A stretch of DNA of 14,954 nucleotides, from NCBI GenBank assembly GCA_964566495.1, contig CAZMIT010000038.1:1-14954 (forward strand). Reading direction: 5' to 3'. Made by a program: the position numbers and the translations under genes. Below the pieces are notes generated by a model. That model saw only the letters and a program-made list of their open reading frames with translations, had not been told where the DNA came from and made no database searches. The DNA comes from an uncultured bacterium (lineage in GTDB: Bacteria > T1Sed10-126). Position 1 is the first letter of the stretch. Every line of letters begins with the position of its first letter. Below, piece by piece: positions 1-7,418 of this stretch.

Positions 1-115
1 CGAGCTTGTGCAGCAGTTAAAGATGGCAGGCGACGATCCGCGCGGGTTAATGATGTTGGATCGTGAGTTTGCCGCGCGACCGCCAATGTTTCAAATTCCC
101 GGTGAGGAGGACTGA
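1..115 (+). CDS. Ferritin (non-heme, FtnA-like), C-terminal fragment; gene starts upstream of the window
   Basis: Frame from base 2 reads ELVQQLKMAGDDPRGLMMLDREFAARPPMFQIPGEED* (TGA 113-115). This resembles the bacterial ferritin C-terminus (..LKLxGDxxxGLxxLDxELxxR). A ferritin-like gene follows 4 nt later. Not in the ORF track. Confidence 0.7.
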   Translation, partial: ELVQQLKMAGDDPRGLMMLDREFAARPPMFQIPGEED

Positions 116-119
116 TAGC

Positions 120-611
120 ATGGGTATCAGTTTTAAAGCAGATGAGATTTTTGAGTTTGCCGTAGAAATTGAGAAGAACGCCGCCCAGTTTTACCGTCGC
201 GCCGCCGAACTTAACGAGGCGGCGGGTGAGTATGATTTTCTTGTCAAACTGGCCGAAATGGAGGACGACCACGTCAAGACTTTTTCCGCTATGCGTGAAT
301 CTCTTGGCGGTAGTGCAGTCGGCGCAACCGGTTTTGATCCCGACGGCGAGGTTGACCTTTTTCTGCAGGCAATGGCCGATTCACACGGCGGTGAGGGTGA
401 TCCTGCTGCGACCAAACAGTTGACCGGTGAAGAGTCTCTCGCTGACATACTCAAGACCGGTGTGCGGATGGAGAAGGATACTATTCTTTTTTACCGGGAG
501 ATTGTTGACAACGTGCCCCCGGAATATGGGCGAGAAAAAGTCGAGAAAATTATTGAAGAGGAGAAAGACCACCTGGTTACTTTGACCCGGAAGCTAAAGC
601 AGGTTAAGTGA
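120..611 (+). CDS. Rubrerythrin/ferritin-like di-iron four-helix protein with no rubredoxin domain
   Basis: ATG at 120 with SD GAGGAGG at 104-110, preferred over the ORF-track start at 63. Two E...ExxH half-sites: EIEK..FY / EMEDDH and RMEK..FY / EEEKDH. No C-terminal CxxC pairs. Confidence 0.85.
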   Translation: MGISFKADEIFEFAVEIEKNAAQFYRRAAELNEAAGEYDFLVKLAEMEDDHVKTFSAMRESLGGSAVGATGFDPDGEVDLFLQAMADSHGGEGDPAATKQLTGEESLADILKTGVRMEKDTILFYREIVDNVPPEYGREKVEKIIEEEKDHLVTLTRKLKQVK

Positions 612-623
612 GTTTTGGAAACA

Positions 624-664
624 GGCAGCGCTATCGGACGGGTTAACCGTCTGATAGCGCTACC
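624..664. terminator. Hairpin between convergent genes, probable bidirectional terminator
   Basis: GGCAGCGCTATCGGACGG / CCGTCTGATAGCGCTACC form 18-nt arms with 2 imperfect pairs, between stops at 611 (+) and 680 (-). U-tracts are weak. Confidence 0.65.
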
Positions 665-679
665 CTCTAATTAATCCGC

Positions 680-853
680 TTATTCCTCTGCGATAGCGTC
701 GACGGGACATACGTCGATGCAGACCTGGTGGTTCTCGCAGATGTCCTGGTCGATTTCAGCCAGGTCGTCGCCGTCCATCTCAATTGCTTGCACCGGACAG
801 CTGTCCACGCAGATACCACAGCTCGTACATAGCTCTTTGTCTACTATGACCAT
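680..853 (-). CDS. Small dicluster-type ferredoxin, 57 aa
   Basis: Manual translation: MVIVDKELCTSCGICVDSCPVQAIEMDGDDLAEIDQDICENHQVCIDVCPVDAIAEE*. Motifs are CxxCxxCxxxCP and CxxHxxCxxxCP. SD AGGTGAGGT is the complement of 861-869. Below the ORF-track cutoff. Confidence 0.92.
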   Translation of the reverse strand: MVIVDKELCTSCGICVDSCPVQAIEMDGDDLAEIDQDICENHQVCIDVCPVDAIAEE

Positions 854-900
854 AATTTACACCTCACCTGATAAAGATTTATTTTCTCATTCAAATTATG

Positions 901-929
901 ATTATATCACTTGCCGATAAAATTTTCAT
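901..929 (-). promoter_or_regulatory. Putative extended -10 sigma70-type promoter for the ferredoxin
   Basis: The minus strand reads TG-A-TATAAT (complement of 901-909), with ATGAAA 17 nt upstream (924-929). Confidence 0.5.
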
Positions 930-1058
930 CCCGTTCGTTTACAATTTCTATACTGAACCTACCGGGGCATCTCCCTCTCCAGAAGGGAGAAGATTAAGGG
1001 GTGGGGGGAAGAAATTACGAACCCCTTTTGGAGGGATCTGATCTCTATTAAAATTAAC

Positions 1059-1086
1059 TTGGAAAATTATTCAAAAAAGATAAAAT
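1059..1086 (+). promoter_or_regulatory. Putative sigma70-type promoter for the cupin gene
   Basis: TTGGAA (1059-1064), a 16-nt spacer, then TAAAAT (1081-1086), in an AT-rich context. Confidence 0.4.
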
Positions 1087-1110
1087 TGTCAAGCAAAAGC
1101 ATTAAAAAAG

Positions 1111-1194
1111 TAACTACTCATCTTATTTTTCCCCCTTGAAGGGGGGAAAGGCAAAGAGGAGTGAAAAAGGGGAGAGGGGATAGATGAGTAGTTA
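1111..1194. repeat. 13-bp perfect inverted repeat enclosing a C-run/TTGA/G-run hairpin
   Basis: TAACTACTCATCT (1111-1123) pairs with AGATGAGTAGTTA (1182-1194). The interior contains TTTCCCCCTTGAAGGGGGGAAA. Confidence 0.75.
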
Positions 1195-1213
1195 AAAAAA
1201 GGAGGTGTATGTG

Positions 1214-1522
1214 ATGGAAGTGAAAGTTGAAAAACAAATTGATGAGGCTCGAAAAGAGGAGCTGGGAGTGGACTCCTGGTCCCCCTGGTCGAAGGAAGCG
1301 AGCAAGTTCGACTGGTCGTATGCTTCGACTGAAACGGGGTATATTATCGAAGGCGAGGTCATAGTTCACCTGCCCAACGACGAAAGTATTGAGGCCGAAG
1401 CCGGCGACGTCGTGCAGTTCCCCGAAGGGCTTAACTGCGTCTGGGAAATTAGGAAAGACCTGCGCAAAGTTTATACTTTTGACACGGTCGAACTTGACGC
1501 TGACGAAGCAGTTAGTGTTTAG
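1214..1522 (+). CDS. Small cupin-domain protein (cupin_3/DUF861-like)
   Basis: SD GGAGGT at 1201-1206 and ATG at 1214. Motifs LGVDSWSPW, FDWSY..TETGYIIEGEV, AGDVVQFPEGLNCVWEI...RKVY are typical of this family. Confidence 0.85.
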   Translation: MEVKVEKQIDEARKEELGVDSWSPWSKEASKFDWSYASTETGYIIEGEVIVHLPNDESIEAEAGDVVQFPEGLNCVWEIRKDLRKVYTFDTVELDADEAVSV

Positions 1523-1567
1523 TTGTAAGGCACTTGCTTAGTGCATACTTCCAAATGAGCTGCCATT

Positions 1568-1911
1568 CGTCATTCCGGGCAAGCGACCGAGCACTCAATC
1601 GCAAGCACTATGGATAAGTAACACCAAAAAGGAAAAGATTGTTTTTACCCCGATGCAACTTGATAGTCATTTTTAAGCCTGACTAAACGATACCTTTTAA
1701 ATTTCCATTGGGGTTTACAATTTGATTGAGTGCTCAGGAGCGCGATCCGGAATCCATCTTGAATTTTAAACGATTATCATTCAAGACTCAAAAATTTGTT
1801 GCGAGTTACGGGTTGCGGGTTAAGGCCTAAAACTAAAAACTGAAAACTGGAAACTGGAAACTAAAAACTGAAAACCTTCAAATGGATTGCGGATCGTGGT
1901 CCGCAATGACG
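1568..1911. repeat. Composite element: inverted pair of CGTC-tagged REP-like palindromes with nested inverted repeats and heptamer arrays
   Basis: Left unit CGTCATTCCGGG...(insert)...GATCCGGAATCCA (1568-1756). The right unit 1883-1911 reverse-complements to CGTCATTGCGGACCACGATCCGCAATCCA. Nested IR at 1589-1600/1724-1735. Confidence 0.75.
1798..1876. repeat. Two adjacent 7-bp tandem repeat arrays
   Basis: GTTGCGA GTTACGG GTTGCGG GTTAAGG (1798-1825), then 7 units of approximately RRAAACT (1828-1876). Confidence 0.85.
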
Positions 1912-1927
1912 ACCTTTAGAACCAGAC

Positions 1928-1980
1928 CATCCCCCCTTTCCTTTTCCCCTCTTGAGGGGGGGAAGACAAAGGGGGGGATG
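1928..1980. repeat. Long C-run/G-run hairpin with TTGA loop (REP-like); may terminate the GT4 transcript
   Basis: CATCCCCCCTTT..TTCCCCTC TTGA GGGGGGGAA..AAAGGGGGGGATG, ending 16 nt from the GT4 stop. Similar to 1126-1163. Confidence 0.7.
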
Positions 1981-1996
1981 TGAGCGCGGATTAGTT

Positions 1997-3073
1997 TCAA
2001 TACGATCGTTTTAGCAGGTCAGCCAGCTTGCGGGCGGCGTTTTTCCAGGTGAAGTCCCGGACGCTTTTTCGTGCCTGCAGGCCCAGCTCTTTTAGCTCAC
2101 CGGGTCTGTCGAGGAGCTGAATAAGCTGATGCCGGAAATCATCTTTGTCCGGTTCAAAAACCTCGGCGTCGGGATGCTTTTCATCATACTGGCAGTCACG
2201 CGCCGGACGCAGTTGGCCCTTGACCCGAATCATTCCCGGCCCGGCGAAATCGAGCTGACCGCCCCAGTTGCTGGTTACGACCGGTCGACCGGCAGCCATG
2301 CCCTCGAGAATTGCCAGACCAAAGCCTTCCGAGCGGCTTGGCTGAACCAGCAAGTTCGCCTCCCTGTATAACTCTGTTATTTCGGCATCCGACAGTCTAC
2401 CCACCCGGACGTCAAAACCGACCGTCTCCAGTTTTTTCTTGATTGTGGTATCCTCCCAGAATTCAGATTTTTCTTTTTTAGGTACGTAAGGCAGCTGTAC
2501 ACGCCAGCGAAGCCGTGTCTGCTTCAGCAGATCAGAGACGGCTAACAGGAGGTCCAATCCCTTGCGGTAGTGCGGGGTGGCCACTGTTAAAATATTTAAC
2601 CGTTCCTTCTCTGGCCAGGGTAGTGGGGCCTGAAAATGGCGGACAGAGTAGCCGTAAGGAATCAGCTCCAGTTGTTCCTCGCAAACGCCGCTGTTTTGAT
2701 AGAGGTTGTAATTGTGACGCGAAGGAACAAGCACCCGGTTACAGTCTTCGTTAAGGGGGTCCACCCAGGCTTCTGGTAGTCGACTGGGCTCGTAAACAGA
2801 AAAATTCCAGAGCCGACTCTTCTTGTCGTGATATTGCTTCAGCAGCGGTGGGTAGGCAAACATCAACTCGAAATCGGGAGCTCGCCACTCACCAATCGCT
2901 TTCTCAATTTCCGCCGGCAGGGGAAAGTTTTTTGTCCACAGCTTGCCCCGGGTAGGTTTAATCTTCAGGTCAATTCCGTCGACTGCCGTCAGACGGGATA
3001 ACATACCCCGGGCCACCCGGGCCCAGCTTGTCGGGCTGGCAAGCAAGCCGGTGAATTGTATTTTTAAACCCAT
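1997..3073 (-). CDS. Glycosyltransferase family 4 (GT-B fold, retaining)
   Basis: Signature VQPSRSEGFGLAILEGMAAGRPVVTSNWGG (ExxxxxxxE), plus RKGLDLL and FTWKNAA. SD GGAGGT upstream (complement of 3085-3090). Confidence 0.92.
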   Translation of the reverse strand: MGLKIQFTGLLASPTSWARVARGMLSRLTAVDGIDLKIKPTRGKLWTKNFPLPAEIEKAIGEWRAPDFELMFAYPPLLKQYHDKKSRLWNFSVYEPSRLPEAWVDPLNEDCNRVLVPSRHNYNLYQNSGVCEEQLELIPYGYSVRHFQAPLPWPEKERLNILTVATPHYRKGLDLLLAVSDLLKQTRLRWRVQLPYVPKKEKSEFWEDTTIKKKLETVGFDVRVGRLSDAEITELYREANLLVQPSRSEGFGLAILEGMAAGRPVVTSNWGGQLDFAGPGMIRVKGQLRPARDCQYDEKHPDAEVFEPDKDDFRHQLIQLLDRPGELKELGLQARKSVRDFTWKNAARKLADLLKRSY

Positions 3074-3229
3074 AACTTATTCTACCTCCAGCCAACTTTT
3101 TTCAAAAAGAGTAATTCTCTCCTCTATTTGTTAAAAAAATTCAGACAAGACTCTATTTCTTTTGGAGAATCTTTGATATTTTATAAATACTGGGAGAAAA
3201 ATGAAAATAACTTTCTATAGGAGGATATC

Positions 3230-6208
3230 ATGCGAAAAAAGATTTTTGTTATTCACGGTGCGGGGGAAAAGGACGGACTTGGTCAAGAATCGGGAGGGGA
3301 CCTGGACACTGTCGGCTCCAACGCTTTCTACGGAGCCTGGTTTAAGAACCACTTTCAGGAAGAAGAGGGACGAGAGCCAGTATACGGTGAGGACTATGAG
3401 TTTGATTTTGTTAACTACTCGGAGGGAATCCGTCATCTCGACATACACGAGGGCTGTGATGTTTACCTGCCAGACTTCCCGATTGATGCCCTGCCTCCCC
3501 GACTGGAATTAAGACGTATGAAACGTGAGGACGAAGCCGAGGTCCGCCGGCGGCTTTACGAAGAGAAAGAAAACCTGCGGAAATTATTTCATCAAAATTC
3601 GGAGGTATTTCCCGAGCACTGGAAAGAGGCCTTCAACGACCTGAACAAACAGATGGACAAAATTAACAGCGACCGCCAGTTTTTTGAGATTTGGTCTACC
3701 GTGCACTATGCGGGTATACTGGCTGGAGCTGCCGAACAGATCATTAGCGACGGCGGCGAGGAAGAAGTGATAGAGCTGCTCGCCGAGAAGATGTTTGGAG
3801 AGGATTTTGAGGCGGCCTGCTCTGAGCTGGAAGAGGTGCTTGATTCCAGTCTGAAGCGTGAATTGCTGGATGAGTTACCGCAGGACAAGGTTCACGAGCG
3901 ACTGTTATTAAACGACGCCGCCGGGTTTGACTTCGCCTGTAAGGGGCGGTTGGGCTGGCACGAGCAGTTTCTGGGTGTGCTGGTCGAAGGTATTTCCGTC
4001 TACGTCTCAACTGTTCTCACTACCAGAAATATTGGCGATGAAATTGGTGAAGCAGGTCGCCAGGACCTTCTGGACTGGTTGAAAGTGTTGCGTTCTAACA
4101 TGCTTGGCCCTGTATCTGAGTTTTATGAGCTGGTTGATAAGATCAAACAGGCTAATCCCGACAATTCTAACGTAAAGAAAATACATTCACACATGCAAGC
4201 TGTTCATGAACTCTGGGATAACCTCTCCTACGACTGGATGCTGGAACAGCATCAGCCGCTTGAGGACCGTTTGATTGTCCAGCTCTCCGAGTCGACCTCA
4301 GGTCGACCAGTCTCAGATATTGAACTTGTTGTTAACATTACAGAGGGGGAGGTTACCCTTTCTTCGCCCGATGATTCCGGTGAAGAGTTCAATAGTCTCG
4401 CCCTGCCTACAGACGAGGATGGCACAGTCCAGGTTGAGTTGAACCACGACGGACAGAGTCCCGACGAATTTGGGATTGCAGTGACCCACAATGACCTGGA
4501 CTTTCTGACCTATCCCGAGGATTTGAAGCTCAGCGAGGATTATTTTGACGAGCATCCTTCGCCTGACTCGGCTGAGTTCAGGCTGGTGGAATACGTCAAA
4601 GGGGGGGGCGGAGAAGTAACTACTGAGCGGCCAGCAAATAAAGAAAAAATTGAGTCAGGCCAGGGCCCGGGTGAGGAGCGGGCGATTGAGATTAACTGTG
4701 ACCTGATTGAATCGCACATACGCTACCTGGCCGAAAATGACGTTCGTTTGATCAGGATTGACGATCACCACCCCTATGAACCGGCCGTGCTCGAACGACT
4801 GCAGGAGTTAAATGAAGAGGGGATGATCAAAGAAGACATTGTTCTCTCCAGTCTGCCCCAGGGTGAGGAAATGCCGATAGAAGAGCAGAAGTGTGGGGCT
4901 GACTTGATCTACGAACAATTTGTCGAGGGCACTCCGGCGGACAACTCCGGTCTCAAGCTGCTGCGGACAGAGGCGCACGTCCAGGACCTGCATATCCGCG
5001 AGTCTGAGCTGGCCATTGAAATTTCCAAGCTGATCGGTTCATCCTACAACAAAATTGAGATGGTTCGCGCCCTGATGAACGTAGAAAATGAGTTGGAAAT
5101 GAAAGAAATTATGTCCCGACAGGGCTGGGACGAGGCTGTCGCCGAATATGAGGCGGGCCTGGAAAAAGTTCTCCCCCGGGTGGAGAAGACACTCTTTCAC
5201 ATTCATCTCGTTGAGCCCCCTGAGGACGGTGATTACTCCGATAAAGTAGGAATGCGGAAGTTTCTTCACCCAATGGAACTTATGTCGGCGGGGGAAAAAG
5301 CCAAACAGCACCTGTTTAAGGAGCTTTATGCGACCGGCCCCGGTCAGGATGTAAATATTTATTCGGCCCTTTCCCCCTTCTGTAATCAGAAACTGGGCGA
5401 ACCGACAATTAACGTTGCCTCGGCTTTGAATTATCTGACCCGGCGTTACAACATTGATTACTATTTTTATGCTTACGGTTCTTTCCTTTTTTCAACGCGA
5501 CGAGTTAACGAGGAGGGCTATATGATTGATCTGAGTAACCTGGTCAGTAAAGTAGGGAGTCCCGCAGACGGTGGCCACGCCGCCGCCGCTACTGGATCGC
5601 CGGAGAACAACCCGGCTTTTCCCAAGAAACGTTTCGACAACGTTTCGGACCGGAATTTCGCCGAGTATCTTTACTATATCCTTGAAACTGTCTGCGACGT
5701 TACCGGTCTTGAACTGGTGGAGCTGCGGGAACAATACCCGGATGAATTTGAAGAAAATATGGGCGATGTTTTGGATCGTCTGGATCGAAACGTTTATAAT
5801 TTGCAGCTTGCGGGAGACGACGGGACAGTAAGCATCTGCTTGACCGACTCCGTCTGGAGCGAGCAGGACGAGCCCAACCTTACATTCCCGCTTGCTCTTG
5901 CTCATCTCCGTCGCAAGTATCCAATGGACTATTTCTTCTACTCAGTTTCGACCAGCAATTTGTTGATGCGCAACGTGATGGATCACGAGGAGAAGCTTAA
6001 CCTGCACAAAGCCGCCCGGGCCCTCGGTACACATCGCGATGGTGGCCATCCGCGTGCCGCTTCCTGTCAGCCCAAGTTTAATCCAAAATTTGACGCCAAA
6101 TCCTTCAAATACGTCAACTACAAGAATATTGACAACTACGTAAAATTTCTTGGTAAGCGTCTTATGGAAGAACTTGATTTCAACCGCTACCAGGTGAAGG
6201 CCTATTAA
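3230..6208 (+). CDS. Large DHH-family phosphoesterase-like protein (NrnB-like) with a ~400-aa internal insertion and two DHHA1-like domains
   Basis: SD AGGAGG at 3219-3224. Motifs: DLD (aa 24-26), VYLPDFP (D82), IDDHH (D512-H514), CGADLIY (aa 555), QDLH (D586), and GGH at aa 781 and again at aa 938. Confidence 0.75.
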   Translation: MRKKIFVIHGAGEKDGLGQESGGDLDTVGSNAFYGAWFKNHFQEEEGREPVYGEDYEFDFVNYSEGIRHLDIHEGCDVYLPDFPIDALPPRLELRRMKREDEAEVRRRLYEEKENLRKLFHQNSEVFPEHWKEAFNDLNKQMDKINSDRQFFEIWSTVHYAGILAGAAEQIISDGGEEEVIELLAEKMFGEDFEAACSELEEVLDSSLKRELLDELPQDKVHERLLLNDAAGFDFACKGRLGWHEQFLGVLVEGISVYVSTVLTTRNIGDEIGEAGRQDLLDWLKVLRSNMLGPVSEFYELVDKIKQANPDNSNVKKIHSHMQAVHELWDNLSYDWMLEQHQPLEDRLIVQLSESTSGRPVSDIELVVNITEGEVTLSSPDDSGEEFNSLALPTDEDGTVQVELNHDGQSPDEFGIAVTHNDLDFLTYPEDLKLSEDYFDEHPSPDSAEFRLVEYVKGGGGEVTTERPANKEKIESGQGPGEERAIEINCDLIESHIRYLAENDVRLIRIDDHHPYEPAVLERLQELNEEGMIKEDIVLSSLPQGEEMPIEEQKCGADLIYEQFVEGTPADNSGLKLLRTEAHVQDLHIRESELAIEISKLIGSSYNKIEMVRALMNVENELEMKEIMSRQGWDEAVAEYEAGLEKVLPRVEKTLFHIHLVEPPEDGDYSDKVGMRKFLHPMELMSAGEKAKQHLFKELYATGPGQDVNIYSALSPFCNQKLGEPTINVASALNYLTRRYNIDYYFYAYGSFLFSTRRVNEEGYMIDLSNLVSKVGSPADGGHAAAATGSPENNPAFPKKRFDNVSDRNFAEYLYYILETVCDVTGLELVELREQYPDEFEENMGDVLDRLDRNVYNLQLAGDDGTVSICLTDSVWSEQDEPNLTFPLALAHLRRKYPMDYFFYSVSTSNLLMRNVMDHEEKLNLHKAARALGTHRDGGHPRAASCQPKFNPKFDAKSFKYVNYKNIDNYVKFLGKRLMEELDFNRYQVKAY

Positions 6209-6259
6209 TGCCAGCACTGACTGGATTTTTGATTATTCAAACGGGAGGAGCAACCAGGG

Positions 6260-7417
6260 ATGACTCTTGACGAAGTAGATTTCCACTCATTGCGTGAAGA
6301 CGTAGCGCGCGACCGTATGAACTTAATCGCTGATATTGTAAAAATAAGCCAGACCCCCGCGCCTACCTCGGACGAGCGAGATCGGGCGGAAGTGCTGGCC
6401 TCACGGTTTCGTGAGCTTTATGTGGATAACGTTTATATTGATCCGGAGGGGAATGTAGTTGCTCACCGCAAGACCCGGGATGTCCCCCCCGTTTGCGTTA
6501 CCGCTCACCTGGACACGGTGTTTGATCGCTCCGTCAACCACACTGTTGAAGTGAATGACCGAGTGATTTCTGGTCCCAGCGTTGGCGACGACAGCCTTGG
6601 GCTGGCTACACTTCTTTCCATCATACGGCTGTTGCCTCCCGAGGAGCCGGGTAATCTTATTCTCCTCGGGACTACCGGCACTGAGGGCCAGGGCAATTTA
6701 CGTGGCAGTCGCTATTTTGTCGATAATTTTGAGGATGATTTAGGAGCTGTGCTTTGTCTTGAAGGACACGGATTAGGACGAATTGACTACTGGTCGCTTG
6801 GCAATATTCGACTGCGGGTCAAGGCTTCCAGTAAAGGCGGTCACGTCTGGCGGGACGAGACCGGTCCCAATCCGATTAAAGTTTTGAGTGGACTAATTAC
6901 CAAGCTCTATCAGAAAACTGACACAGCAGTTGAAGCGGACAACTTTGGCGTGATAAACGCTGGTCGGATTGAAGGGGGCTCGTCTTTCAATACGGTGCCT
7001 TATAGTTGCGAGCTTGACCTGGAAATTAGGTCGGACGATAACGACTTAATGGAAAAACTATATAACCAGACAATGGAGGTTATTGGCGAAACTCAGAAAA
7101 GTAGCGGCCTGAAGCTTTCTGTAGAAGAAGTAACAAGACGTCCCGTTACCGGGCTTGGTCTTGATCACTGGCTGGTCGACGAAGTGGAAGAAATTCACGA
7201 TGAGTTGGGAATAACTTCGGAACCCGGCCCGGCTTCTTCTGACGGCTGTATATTTATCAACGCTGGCATACCTACTGTTACGCTCGGTCTGGCTCGTGGA
7301 CACCATCGTCACCACGAGGATGAGACAATTGAATTAGATAGCCTGGAAACCGGTCAGGTGCAGCTGATGATGGCTCTAACACGTTGTGCTCAACGCTTGT
7401 CCTTGAAAACGGAATGA
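6260..7417 (+). CDS. M20/M25/M40 family metallohydrolase with atypical TE in place of the EE motif
   Basis: SD GGAGGAG. Motifs PAPTSDERDRA, DPEGNV, AHLDTV (H83), VGDDSLG, GTEGQGNLRG, LEG, GGH, INAGRIEGG..FN, SSD, GIP, HH.DE. Confidence 0.88.
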   Translation: MTLDEVDFHSLREDVARDRMNLIADIVKISQTPAPTSDERDRAEVLASRFRELYVDNVYIDPEGNVVAHRKTRDVPPVCVTAHLDTVFDRSVNHTVEVNDRVISGPSVGDDSLGLATLLSIIRLLPPEEPGNLILLGTTGTEGQGNLRGSRYFVDNFEDDLGAVLCLEGHGLGRIDYWSLGNIRLRVKASSKGGHVWRDETGPNPIKVLSGLITKLYQKTDTAVEADNFGVINAGRIEGGSSFNTVPYSCELDLEIRSDDNDLMEKLYNQTMEVIGETQKSSGLKLSVEEVTRRPVTGLGLDHWLVDEVEEIHDELGITSEPGPASSDGCIFINAGIPTVTLGLARGHHRHHEDETIELDSLETGQVQLMMALTRCAQRLSLKTE

Positions 7418-7418
7418 G

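Noticed and set aside
870..915. Fur box upstream of the ferredoxin
   Set aside because: AT-rich with only partial GATAAT-like words. There is no convincing 19-bp consensus match.
717..920. ORF-track 67-aa plus-strand ORF
   Set aside because: It is the antisense shadow of the ferredoxin at 680-853 (-).
3230..3300. N-terminal IFVIHG as an alpha/beta-hydrolase start
   Set aside because: No GxSxG nucleophile elbow follows. The DLD and PD motifs fit DHH motifs 1 and 2 better.
3500..4700. The DHH insertion as an intein (it ends near ..EIN-C)
   Set aside because: No Hint block A (C/S start), no TxxH block B, no His-Asn terminus and no LAGLIDADG motifs. The insert looks helical plus Ig-like.
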